Shown here: positions 1 to 10,267 of the stretch, in pieces
Numbering within the stretch: position 1 is the first letter of the stretch
Layout of the letters: each line of letters begins with the position of its first letter
Assembly: GCA_965603825.1 (NCBI GenBank)
Contig: CBFDEM010000011.1
Span: 124,001-188,000 of the forward strand
Source of the DNA: Blepharisma stoltei ATCC 30299
Lineage: Eukaryota; Protista; Ciliophora
Direction of reading: 5' to 3'
Length of the DNA: 64,000 nt
Position numbers and translations under genes: made by a program
The notes under the pieces: generated by a model
Seen by the model: only the letters and a program-made list of their open reading frames with translations
The model's database searches: none
What the model was told of the DNA's origin: nothing

Positions 1-2664
1 CATACCTTCTACATGTTTTCACTAGAAGCCTACTTATTAGTCGTCATGCGCGCTATTGACATTGTAGCTGAAAAATACCGAGCCCCAAGCGCTACCAAGT
101 CTAAACGTGGAAAAACTCCTGAGGTCACCGAAATCGTGAAGCCTGAAAACGTCAGCATGGAAAACCCATCAGGCCAAGCCCAAGAAGGCGAAGAAAAGAA
201 AGACGAGTCTTTCCAATCCCAAGCACCAAAAGAAGAAGAAAAGAAAGAAGAAGAGAAAAAAGAAGAGCCAGAAGCAAATGAAGCAGAAATGGAAGAAGAG
301 GAAGAAGTCCAGCAGGAATTAAGCCCAAGGTCACTGAGAAAAAGAGTGTCTGAGCTGACTGAGTCAATTACATATCAATCACATATATACGTCAGAAGAG
401 GCTTATTTGAGCAGCATAAATTATTGGTGGCGACTATGCTTTGTTTTAGGGTCATGATTAAGGATGGAAAAATTGATGAGCAGGAGTATGCATTTTTAAT
501 TAATGGAAAACCTATGGTAGATGCAGGACATCAATCAGAAAATTTGAATTGGTTTAGTGAGTATCAGTGGGGGATGATTAAAGCGCTAGATCAATTAGGC
601 CCGTTCCAAGGGCTAGCAAGCAATGTAGATAGTGATTATTTGCAGTGGAAAAAGTGGTATATGGAAGAAAAGGCAGAAATTTCAGACCTGCCGCGTAATT
701 TCAAAGAAATTTCTTATTTCCACAAACTTTTATTAATAAGAGCGCTCAGACCAGACAGAATTACTAGCGCTTTAAGCATTTTTGTTAGAGAACAATTAGG
801 TAACCACTACATCGAGCAGACTCCTTTTAATATGTTTGAAACTTATAAAGAAACCTCTAAAACGGTCCCTGTGTTCTTTGTCTTGTTCCCTGGTGCTGAT
901 CCTACCCCAGAAGTCGAAGAAGTTGCAGAAACCTTAGGGATCACTGCCCTTAACAATAAATTCAGAAATATATCTATGGGTCAAGGCCAAGAGAAAAACG
1001 CTGAGCAAGCTATGGAGCAGCTTTCACAAAATGGTGGCTGGGTCATGCTTCAAAACGTCCATCTCATGCAAAGCTGGCTCAAAGTACTCGAAAACATGCT
1101 TGAAAAATTCTCCAAAAAAGCCCACGAAAACTTCCGATGCTTCATTTCTTCAGAGCCTCCAGCGCTGCCTGATATGAAAATCATCCCTGAGACTATTTTG
1201 CAAAACTGTGTTAAGGTAGCTAATGAAGCTCCACAAGCTCTTAAAGATAACTTAAGGCGTGCTTATAGCCATTTCTCTCAAAAAGATTTAGATTCGTCTC
1301 GGAAGTCAAATGAATTTAAAGCTATGCTTTTCGCTCTTTGTATGTTCCATTCATTAGTCCTTGGAAGACGAAAATTCGGGTCTCAAGGCTGGAGTAAGCA
1401 TTATTCATTTAATGATGGTGATTTGACTATTTGTTCTGATATTTTGAACAATTATTTAGCGAAATATGATGAAGTCCCATATGCAGATTTACGATATCTG
1501 TATGGAGAAATTATGTATGGAGGCCATATCACTGATAACTGGGATAGACGTACTTGTAACACTTATTTACAAGTGTTAATCAGGCCTGAGCTGATGTCTG
1601 GCATGAACTTGGCTCCTCAATTCAAATCTCCAGACCCAGCAAGATTTGACTATGAAGCTTATTCTAAATATATTGAAGAAAAACTGCCTATAGAATCCCC
1701 ACAGATGTTCGGCATGCATCCAAACGCTGAAATTAACTATTTAACAGCTACAGGAGATAAACTATTCACCACAATCTTAGACGTGTCAGGTGTTTCTGGT
1801 GCTGGTGAAGCTGTAAAGAAAAAAGAAGACGTTGTAATAGACCTAATAAATGCATTTTTAGCTAAACTCCCACAGGAGTTCAAGATGTTTGAAATTACAG
1901 CGAAAACCAAGGAAAGGCCTCCAGATGTAGTTGTCTGTTTGCAGGAGTGTGAAAGAATGAATATTCTTTTAGGAACGATTAGAAGGTCTTTAATAGAACT
2001 TCAGATGGGGCTAAGCGGAGCCTTGAATATTACGGATAGAATGGAAGCACTGTCAAATTCTTTGTCTGTTAACAGAGTGCCTAAAGGATGGGAAGATGTC
2101 GCTTATTTCTCTAAAAAAGTGCTTGGAATTTGGTTTTTAGATATGTTGGAAAGAGTAAAACAGCTTGAAGAGTGGTCGAAAGAGCTAGTTTTGCCTAAAT
2201 CTTTGTGGATTGCAGGGCTGTTTAACCCTATGTCGTTTTTGACTTCTGTCATGCAAACTACAGCAAGATCGAAAAATCTGCCACTTGATAATATGACTTT
2301 GCAGACCACTGTGACAAATTTCTTAGAACCTGATGAAATCCACAATTACCCAGAAAATGGAGCATATGTGCATGGGTTCTTTTTAGAAGGAGCTGCATGG
2401 GAATTAGGAAGAAGCCCAACTGAAGAAGGGTACTTAACAGACTCTACATTGAAAGATCTATATCCTAAGCTGCCTGTAGTCAATGTTTTAGCGGTGCCAA
2501 TTGAAGAAAAAGCTACCTTAGGAATTTATGACTGTCCTTGCTACGTCACCTCACAGAGAGGACCAACTTATGTATTTACTGCTGGCTTGAAGATGGAAAG
2601 TGAAGAAAGCGATCCAAAGAAATGGGTACTGGCTGGTGTCGCTTTACTTATGGCTGAAGGATAA
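1..2664 (+). CDS. Axonemal dynein heavy chain, C-terminal part (AAA6, lid and C-terminal domain); 5' end lies outside the window
   Basis: Frame is open from base 1 (HTFYMFSLEAY...). Motifs RGLFEQHKLL, ISMGQGQ, WVMLQNVHL, GEIMYGGHITDNWDRR, FGMHPNAEI, CLQECERMN, YDCPCY and KWVLAGVALL. Ends in TAA. Confidence 0.97.
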   Translation, partial: HTFYMFSLEAYLLVVMRAIDIVAEKYRAPSATKSKRGKTPEVTEIVKPENVSMENPSGQAQEGEEKKDESFQSQAPKEEEKKEEEKKEEPEANEAEMEEEEEVQQELSPRSLRKRVSELTESITYQSHIYVRRGLFEQHKLLVATMLCFRVMIKDGKIDEQEYAFLINGKPMVDAGHQSENLNWFSEYQWGMIKALDQLGPFQGLASNVDSDYLQWKKWYMEEKAEISDLPRNFKEISYFHKLLLIRALRPDRITSALSIFVREQLGNHYIEQTPFNMFETYKETSKTVPVFFVLFPGADPTPEVEEVAETLGITALNNKFRNISMGQGQEKNAEQAMEQLSQNGGWVMLQNVHLMQSWLKVLENMLEKFSKKAHENFRCFISSEPPALPDMKIIPETILQNCVKVANEAPQALKDNLRRAYSHFSQKDLDSSRKSNEFKAMLFALCMFHSLVLGRRKFGSQGWSKHYSFNDGDLTICSDILNNYLAKYDEVPYADLRYLYGEIMYGGHITDNWDRRTCNTYLQVLIRPELMSGMNLAPQFKSPDPARFDYEAYSKYIEEKLPIESPQMFGMHPNAEINYLTATGDKLFTTILDVSGVSGAGEAVKKKEDVVIDLINAFLAKLPQEFKMFEITAKTKERPPDVVVCLQECERMNILLGTIRRSLIELQMGLSGALNITDRMEALSNSLSVNRVPKGWEDVAYFSKKVLGIWFLDMLERVKQLEEWSKELVLPKSLWIAGLFNPMSFLTSVMQTTARSKNLPLDNMTLQTTVTNFLEPDEIHNYPENGAYVHGFFLEGAAWELGRSPTEEGYLTDSTLKDLYPKLPVVNVLAVPIEEKATLGIYDCPCYVTSQRGPTYVFTAGLKMESEESDPKKWVLAGVALLMAEG

Positions 2665-2753
2665 CCTAATTTAATCTCATTTACTGAATAGTATCTTTCT
2701 CTATATATTATTTTGAAATAATTATAAGCATAATTTAGATTTCCAAAAATAGT

Positions 2754-3671
2754 TTAAAAATTAGCAACAGTCGCAATACTCCATTTATCTCCCAGGCCAT
2801 TAAAAATAAAAAACCTCTTTAAAAACAGCTTCCTATAGCATTTCCTTATATCATCCTCACTAATCCCAGAAGTTTTTCTCAAATCTTCAGGATACAGATT
2901 CTCTTTGCCGCTCATCCAGCTGACCATTAAAGAAATGGCGCAGGCCAGGGCCATTTCTTCTTCATTTACCATTAAATTACAGTCTTTAATTTTCTTCATT
3001 GCTTGTGCACATTTCGTAACCATTTCATTAGAAAAATCAAAATTAATAGCAAGCTTAGCGAATAAAGAAAAATCTTCTCTGTTTATTGCAGCTTCAGGAG
3101 CATGGATTTTTACAGTGTTATAGCATCTGACTATTTCATTTTTTGTAATTTTGTTAATATTTAAGATTTCTTTTAGCGGGATTTTATTTCCATATTTTCT
3201 GCACAAACAGTATATAATTGCTGATAAAATTCCTATATGAGATTTTCCTTTGGTGACTTTTTTTAAAAATAAAACCCTGAATATTTTTTTGGCTTCCTCA
3301 GAAATACTATCACTTAAACATAAAATGTGGCAAAAATCATCAATTTCACTGAAAGTCATGGAGAGAGTTTTATCTTGAGAAGAACTCATACTTCTTTGGG
3401 CTCATCTGGCAAGTCCATAATGAGTCTCATGTTTTGAAATCACTGTGCATAAGCCTTTATCTGAGAGAAGTTCATTATTAGGGGCTCCAATTCTACAAGG
3501 ATCTTGGTCTCTTGATCCATCTTCTTCTGTTAGATTTCTTCATTCAGGGCCATCATCTATAAGTTTATCAATTTGTATCCTTCCGCATTTTTTACAAACA
3601 ACTGTGCCTTCTCTTTCGTCAACCACTAAGGAATGTAAAGCTTTACATTCAATGCATTGGAAGATTGACAT
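2754..3671 (-). CDS. Transcription initiation factor TFIIB-like (Zn ribbon, B-reader, cyclin repeats), 305 aa
   Basis: With TGA=Trp the ORF extends to the ATG at 3671: MSIFQCIECKALHSLVVDEREGTVVCKKCGRIQIDKLIDDGPEW(TGA 3540-3542)RNL...DPCRIG...LARW(TGA 3402-3404)AQRS. This joins the cyclin-fold ORF 2754..3389. Confidence 0.92.
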
Positions 3672-3779
3672 TATTTAATTTTGCAATTTATTATAATTTA
3701 AGCTGGGGGCTTATAGCTATTTAATACTTGCCTAGTTATTTCTTAATGTTATTTATAATTGAAAATAATTTATTAACTA

Positions 3780-4389
3780 TTAAATCCAATCTTGATTATT
3801 TAGCATATAATCTTTAAAAGCTTCTAAAGCCCTAAATCTGTGTGAGATTGAATTTTTTAAATTTGGATCCATTTCTGCAAATGTTTGCTCATATCCTGAA
3901 GGCTGAAATATAGGATTCCATTGAAAACCATTATTGCCTCTTGGCATTACAATAGTCCCTTCGCATTTTCCATAAAATATTTGAGGCTCACCTCCAGGCT
4001 TGCAATATCCAATTCTGCATTCTGTTCATGCTTTTTTATTATCAAACCCAGCTAATAGCCTGAAAAGTCCTTCATCTTCTAATGCTTTTCAAAATCATTT
4101 TCTATATAAATTTTACATATAAGGCCCTGGGAGACCTCCTAGGGCTTCAAAGCATAAGCAAGTGTCCTCACAAATCACAGGAGCATTTATCTGGTTGCAT
4201 GCTATTTTTAGCTTATCTGAAATAATTTCATCTGGAGTTCCTTGATATTCTTTTAAATCGAGATTAAATATTTCTAAATTCACATTAGAAGCTTCTAATG
4301 GAGTTTTAAGAATTTCTTTTATTTCTCTAGCCTTCCCAGCCTAGCATAACTTTTACATTTCCTGTTATGAGATATAAAATTTTGGTCAT
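3780..4389 (-). CDS. ITPA: Inosine triphosphate pyrophosphatase (HAM1/ITPase) paralog 1, 192 aa, two tiny introns
   Basis: ITGN|AGK, LKEIQG, ICEDTCL, GLPGPYI|KW(TGA)F and SHR motifs. Introns at 4341-4356 and 4102-4116. Spliced length is 579 nt. Missing from the ORF track. Confidence 0.93.
4102..4116 (-). other. 15-nt spliceosomal intron GTAAAATTTATATAG
   Basis: Removal restores GLPGPYIKWF. Same position as the intron in paralog 2. Confidence 0.92.
4341..4356 (-). other. 16-nt spliceosomal intron GTAAAAGTTATGCTAG
   Basis: Removal restores TGNAGK. Position is conserved in paralog 2. Confidence 0.9.
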
Positions 4390-4445
4390 TAATTTTAATA
4401 ATATTTTAATAAATAATCCAAAATTTCTAAAAATTATTTTTACAA

Positions 4446-5606
4446 TTATCATCCTCCATCTAGCAGCATATCTTCCACTTCATATATTTTTGCTTGTATC
4501 CCATGCCCTAAATTAACACAAACAATCGGCAAGTACAGCGGATCACTCATAACATTAACAATTTCCCCAGTATACTCTGTTGACTCAAATCATAAATCTT
4601 GATGCCAAATCGACTGTTCAATTATATACAGCATTGGAAAATTTTCACTTAAATTTTCTCCACATATCGTGTAATGCACAAATTTCCCATCTTCATCCTT
4701 TGGATACACTTTTACACTATCATTTACAGCCAGCTTCAAAATTGTGTTTTTTCTGTTCCCTCATCGTGCTCTCCTGAAGTATTCTTCCATTTTTTTCATT
4801 AAATTGCTGATCCAGTTTTCCATTTTTATTTGCAAAATTAAAGAAATTTTTTTCCTCATCCTTGTGTTTTCGCCTAGCATAGTGGCTATCGGGCATTTAT
4901 AAATATCGCTTCAGGATAGAGATTCTGTTAAATAATTCAAATATTTGGCGTTTGTGCATTTAATAACTTCTGCATGGTATCTTAAGCTGTCTAGCTCATG
5001 CAGTTTGTCATAAATGCTTTTATATTCTTTTTGGACTTCTTCGTATTCTCCTTTTCCAGGGAAGTTACCATATTTATATTGCATAAATGCAGATTGGACT
5101 GATATTTTGTTTATGTCAGCGAGATAAAAAATGACGGCGGATCTTGCTCGGACTGGCTTAAACCAGCCGCAATTTTTGCAGTCAAGGGTGCTAATGGATT
5201 TTAGTAGGTCAGGTAAAAATTCTTGGTTATTAAGGATGATTTCGGGGATATATTTTCGTAGCCTATCTTTTTCTTCTTCGAGTTCTGTTGAAGATAAATT
5301 AGCCATTCAGAGCTGGAAATTCGATCAATGGGTTGCGATTAAGCTGATTCTGTTTCCTCATTTTATTTGGCGGTAGGAGTCGCCTTCTCATTTTTGATAT
5401 AAAGATAAAGCTCTGTCGTTTATATCTGGGGTCAGATCAAGCTTTTTATTGGAGTAGGCGAATTTGCCATTGAGTCGTAAAACAAAGCTTCTAACTTTTT
5501 GTTCATTTTTGCGAATTGCACTATATCATGAGGATTTCAGCTCAGATTCTGAGGTTCATAAGTCATCAATGCTTAGGATCAGCCCATAAGGGAGTTTAAA
5601 TGACAT
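4446..5606 (-). CDS. Orphan hypothetical protein, 386 aa, with 10 in-frame TGA(Trp) codons
   Basis: One frame of 387 codons free of TAA/TAG, from ATG 5606 (MSFKLPYGL...) through track ORF 4911..5306 to ...MLLDGGW-TAA. Confidence 0.8.
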
Positions 5607-5731
5607 TATTATAGGGGGATCAAATTTTAATTCTAAAAGATATTTTTATAACTTTTTTTAAATATGATTTAAATATTGCTTAAGGATCAATTCAATAAAA
5701 AAATATTACTAACTTATAGAAATTTATTCTT

Positions 5732-6341
5732 CTAAATCCAATTTTGATTAGTTATCATAAAATTCTTGAATGCTTCTAATGATCTAAATCTGTGTGAAAT
5801 TGAATTTTTAATATGCATGTCCATCTCTGCAAACGTTTGATCATACCCAATAGGCTGGAAAATAGGATCCCATCCAAAGCCATTATCCCCTCTTGGCATT
5901 ACAATAGTCCCTTCACAGCTTCCACAAAATACCTGAGGCTCATCTCCAGGCTTACAATACCCGACTCTGCATTCAGCTCTTGCATTTTTATTATCAAATC
6001 CCACCAATAGATTAAAAAGTCCACGAGTTCCGATTGCTTCTCTGAACCATTTACTACATGAATTTTACATATAAGGGCCAGGCAATCCTCCAAGTGCTTC
6101 AAAGCACAAGCAAGTATCTTCACAAATCACTGGTGCATTTACTTGATTGCAAGCAATTTTTAGTTTTTCTGAAATAATTTCATCTGGAGTTCCTTGGATT
6201 TCTTTTAAGTCAAGAGTAAGAATTTCTAAATTCACATTAGAAGCTTCTAATGGAGCCCTGAGGATTTCTTTCATTTCTCTAACTTTGCCAGCCTATGGTA
6301 AAATTTACGTTTCCTGTGATGAGATAGAGGATTTTGCTCAT
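5732..6341 (-). CDS. ITPA: Inosine triphosphate pyrophosphatase (HAM1/ITPase) paralog 2, 192 aa, two tiny introns
   Basis: ITGN|AGK, LKEIQG, EDTCL, GLPGPYI|KWF, FGWDPIF and SHR motifs. Introns at 6293-6308 and 6054-6068 join track ORFs 6065..6274 and 5732..6007. Confidence 0.95.
6054..6068 (-). other. 15-nt intron GTAAAATTCATGTAG
   Basis: Removal restores GPYIKWF. Confidence 0.92.
6293..6308 (-). other. 16-nt intron GTAAATTTTACCATAG
   Basis: Removal restores TGNAGK. Confidence 0.9.
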
Positions 6342-6409
6342 GAAATTTATGACATTTTCAGATGATAATAGGTTACAAAAAGACTTGATTATTTAATATA
6401 TAATTATAT

Positions 6410-6973
6410 TTATAGAAATATGTTGCTTTTTCTTGCTTTTAATATATTTTGCTTCACCTGCAATTTGTGAAAATTCGGTAATCCTTTTAAGCATTTTATT
6501 GCACTAGAAAATTCTTTTTCCCAGCCGCTTTCAGTAAATTCTTCATCGAATTCATCATCTTCTTCTCTGACACATAAAATTTTTCTAGGCTGATCTAAAG
6601 TTTCCTTAGATTTCTGAATCAAATCATTTACTAAGTTTTGATTGTGCATCAAAACTTTGACATTATATTTTACATTTAGGTCGAGAGAGTCCATCTTCAG
6701 AATCTCGATGACTCTTGCATAATTTTTATGCTGTTTTATATAAACATGATTTACTTCTGGCATTTCGTTAAAAAGTTCTTTTGCTTCCTTTATGAAAGAA
6801 AAGTAGTTCATTACTTTATTTTGTTCGTCAGGCGTGTATTGATAGTCCCCAGGCAATTGATAGTGGCCTAATTTTCTATTGTAATTTGGTTCAACAATTT
6901 GTTGGGTTGTAGTCTTACCATAGCCTTTTTTGAAGTGAAGGGTCCTTACCTCAGTTTTTATAATTTTGGACAT
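6410..6973 (-). CDS. Orphan hypothetical protein, 187 aa
   Basis: Uninterrupted ATG-TAA ORF with an A-rich start context. No family recognised. Confidence 0.6.
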   Translation of the reverse strand: MSKIIKTEVRTLHFKKGYGKTTTQQIVEPNYNRKLGHYQLPGDYQYTPDEQNKVMNYFSFIKEAKELFNEMPEVNHVYIKQHKNYARVIEILKMDSLDLNVKYNVKVLMHNQNLVNDLIQKSKETLDQPRKILCVREEDDEFDEEFTESGWEKEFSSAIKCLKGLPNFHKLQVKQNILKARKSNIFL

Positions 6974-6976
6974 TTT

Positions 6977-7018
6977 TTATAAAATACCTTACAATGAAGC
7001 GTAAAGGGTATTTTATAA
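6977..7018. repeat. Imperfect inverted repeat (12-bp arms TTATAAAATACC / GGTATTTTATAA plus inner TTAC/GTAA)
   Basis: Read directly from the sequence. Abuts the ATG of 6410..6973. Confidence 0.7.
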
Positions 7019-7058
7019 TAATTTAACCCTATTTTAAAGTTATATGTTATAAACCTTG

Positions 7059-7116
7059 ATATAGAAATTGCCCGAGGATGGCGCTATTTTGCGCCATCCT
7101 CGGGCAATTTCTATAT
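7059..7116. repeat. Perfect palindrome/hairpin, 26-bp arms and 6-nt loop
   Basis: ATATAGAAATTGCCCGAGGATGGCGC-TATTTT-GCGCCATCCTCGGGCAATTTCTATAT. The arms are exact reverse complements. Confidence 0.97.
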
Positions 7117-8040
7117 TCATTTATTGGCATTTTATTTACACTAAAGAAATTCATAGATTACATTTAAGAAATTAAATTTAATACGAATGTGCCTAATAAT
7201 AATTAATCATTCTCATATCAATAGATAAAGACTATCTATTGAAAATTATTATGGAAAAACTAATATAAAACTACTTTTAAATTTTTGTCTCATTTAACTA
7301 AGTAAATTATTTAATAATAAAAATAGAACTAAATTACTAGAGCTTAGGATTAAGTTTTATATAAATAGTTCTGAATTTGCTAAGATATACTTGAAGTTTA
7401 TAGTTACTCACGCGGTTCAATTTAACAAATATCTAAGAGTAATGATAGAAAAACGCTAGATAGTTATTTCAAAGCAATCAAATTAGCTTTTTTTAGCTGA
7501 TTAAATTTAAGCATCTCCAAATATTTCATTATTATTGCTTAAGCCTTGAGTGCTAACTTGAAGTGGTGTTCTAGAATATTCCAATTCGAAACCAAAAACT
7601 TTTGATTTTTTTCAATAATTTTTGTTAGCCAGCAAAGTTGTATCTTTTATTAATTCTCGAATAGTTTCCTATTTTTTAAATCTAACATCAGTTTCTCCCT
7701 AAAATTCATTGCCTAGGAAAATATAAATCTTAGGAAAATTTCACTAAAAATACTTGATTTTGTGACTTCTAAGCCTAACATATCACTAGTTTGGTAAGAC
7801 TTCCTCTTAAATCATATGCAGCTTACAATTTATTACCATAGACCCACATCGCTGGCAACTATGGCAAAAATGGTGCGAAATGATTTTGCTTCTTGAAAAA
7901 AAAATTCCGACCTGCTAGTTTTTTACGCTACTTTTTTTTTCTTGAAATCTATCACATCTCATGTTTTTTACTGCAATTATCTCTTTGAATATCCCTTTTC
8001 ATATTCAAAAAATACCTTTATTTAGCTAAAATTTATTAAC

Positions 8041-8580
8041 TTATAAGCAAGACTTAAGGTGTATGAAATATTGATATTTGTTGTATATAACTTTCATACA
8101 ACGCTCGCATGTTACCTTGCGCATATTGTCATGGACCTGGTTTGAGTGAAACTTCAATGCATATTTGCTGACAAATTTTCTATCGCATTTGAGGCACTTG
8201 AAATTTCTTCTTTTTGTTCTATGTATTTTTCCTTGGTGCTGTTTGTATCCTTTATATGTGTCGAAAGTTCTGTTGCAGGGTTTGCAAAAGTACTGGGGTA
8301 TAGATATGTCTAGATTGTTCTCTAGAGGGATCATATCTGCTGAAGTTGATATATTTGTTGTGAAAAAATCATTATCATTTGAGTCTTGATTTTGATATAT
8401 TTGTTGTGACTGAATTTCAATAGATAGATTTGAGTGAAGTATTTTTTCTTCTGAGCTTCGAAAATTCAGACCGCAATGCTCACATGTGTTTGCTAGAGCT
8501 ATATTACTGGATAAATCATCAGATATATTGATCATAATTGGGGATGGTAGGTTTATTTTTGTGTCTAAGTTCAGGAACAT
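8041..8580 (-). CDS. C2H2 zinc-finger protein, paralog A, 179 aa
   Basis: CKPC..HQGKIH, CLKC..HSNQVH and CERC..HLKSC fingers, plus a degenerate N-terminal finger. Confidence 0.88.
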   Translation of the reverse strand: MFLNLDTKINLPSPIMINISDDLSSNIALANTCEHCGLNFRSSEEKILHSNLSIEIQSQQIYQNQDSNDNDFFTTNISTSADMIPLENNLDISIPQYFCKPCNRTFDTYKGYKQHQGKIHRTKRRNFKCLKCDRKFVSKYALKFHSNQVHDNMRKVTCERCMKVIYNKYQYFIHLKSCL

Positions 8581-9087
8581 TTATTTTTCTAATTACTGTC
8601 TACTTAAATATGTCAATATGATTGCGAATATGCAATTTATGCGATAACAGAATTAAGTTTATATTTCTGATAATCGAAAAATATGGCTCCTAAACTCAGA
8701 AAAGTTACACTTCAGAAATTATTATAAAAATAAAAAATTAGATTACAATTTGAAGCAAAAATGGAATACAGGACTTCTCATGCTAAATTATCTAATTTTA
8801 TAATTGAGTTATTCATTTTTAATCCTATATTAAATTAATTTATCAATTTGAAACACTTTTTCGAACTACAACAAATTAATCATTGCTATATTTTTGCAAT
8901 ATTTAATATAAATAAATAATTTATATTTTAAATTTCGTATTTGCACATAAAAATTAATCTCCAAAATGCTTTTTTCTTATAATATTTTTATAAAGGAATA
9001 TTAATTTAATCATCTGAATAGACTATGGCAATTATCATGCATTTATTTTAAATTGCCTCTTTATTTATCTTTATTAGCGCAGAAAAG

Positions 9088-9588
9088 TTATTCTTTATCA
9101 AATTCTATATAGCTTGGCAATTCTTCATGAACTGATTCAATTTGCTGCTTTAAAAAGACTTTTGGCCTCACACAATCTCTCTTTTTCAGTATGAAATCTA
9201 ATGCCTCTCTATAATTCCAACCTTTTGCAGCCATGTAATACGCAATTACAATAGACACACTCCGATTCCTTCCAAATTTACAATGGACAAGCACCTTTTC
9301 TCCTTTTGATACAACTTTATGGATAAACCTCAAAGATTCCTGCATTGCAGGCAAAATTGAATAATTTTTGCCTCTAGGGACTATAGTTGTACAATATGTA
9401 AAAGCCGCTCGAAATTCCGTTGGAGTCGGGACGGCAAAAAGCTCCACTATATGAGTGATCCTATGTTGCTTGAGGGTTTGGTAATCCTCGGCGCTTGTAT
9501 AATCCCCAATACAGATATGTTCGTCGATTTCATGCATACTTGGGAATCCAGTGACTGATTTCAGAGGATCAGAATGATGCAATTGCAT
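9088..9588 (-). CDS. Dual-specificity protein phosphatase (atypical DUSP)
   Basis: P-loop VLVHCKFGRNRS (CX5R), ITHIV, AYYM and KRDCVRP motifs. Confidence 0.9.
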   Translation of the reverse strand: MQLHHSDPLKSVTGFPSMHEIDEHICIGDYTSAEDYQTLKQHRITHIVELFAVPTPTEFRAAFTYCTTIVPRGKNYSILPAMQESLRFIHKVVSKGEKVLVHCKFGRNRSVSIVIAYYMAAKGWNYREALDFILKKRDCVRPKVFLKQQIESVHEELPSYIEFDKE

Positions 9589-9739
9589 ATTTACATAGGA
9601 TTTGATATTGAATTATTTAATCGAGACAGACATCTTGCTTGATGAAATTAATGGATTAGAGCGCCAGAAGAATAAATAGAATTTATACCAGAAAAGATAA
9701 TTTTTTTTTGGTATTTGAAATCCTTCGTCGTGATAAATT

Positions 9740-9756
9740 ATAAATGGCGAAGATAA
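9740..9756 (+). repeat. Target-site duplication, left copy ATAAATGGCGAAGATAA
   Basis: Identical to 10268-10284. The exact boundary with the tail is ambiguous by a few nt. Confidence 0.85.
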
Positions 9757-10267
9757 TAATAATAATTTTACGTTTTATCACGCCCAAGGCGTCTTAATTT
9801 TTTGCTTTTCGTAATTATCTTGATAAATTCCTTAGCATGAGCATCAATTTCGTCAACCTGACTTCTTGTCAATTCCAGCTTGTTCTTTTTTTCTTCATAT
9901 CTTCAAGAATCCAGCACAACATCCATCAAATTCAAATCTTCATCAATATCTATGTATGTCTTCAAATTCATTAGTAATTTCGTTCTTTCGTTATTAAACC
10001 TTGGACAATCTTCTATTAAATGTTTTTCATCCTGTATTTGTCAGTCGCAATGTTCACATATCGTATTTTTCGTCTGATGCCTTATAAATTGGCACAAGTT
10101 CGTGCAGTTAAAACCTGCTCTTAACCTGAAAAGTTCCCTTGCGCCGTTCACATCTTTAGGATTTAGCTTTGTGTATTCAGCCATTTTTCAGGTAACAGCA
10201 TTCATATCGCAAAATAGTGTCGTGGTTTTTCAGGTTTCTTCTCGCATCCTTTGAATGCACCATTCCC
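9757..10267 (-). mobile_element. 5'-truncated non-LTR (LINE-like) retrotransposon insertion
   Basis: Open frame 9768-10268 (TGA=Trp) encodes RELFRLRAG...ICEHCDWQIQDEKHLIEDCPRFNNER, a CX2CX7HX4C knuckle typical of the LINE ORF2 C-terminus. An (ATT)n tail follows the stop. The insert is flanked by a 17-bp direct repeat. Confidence 0.85.
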
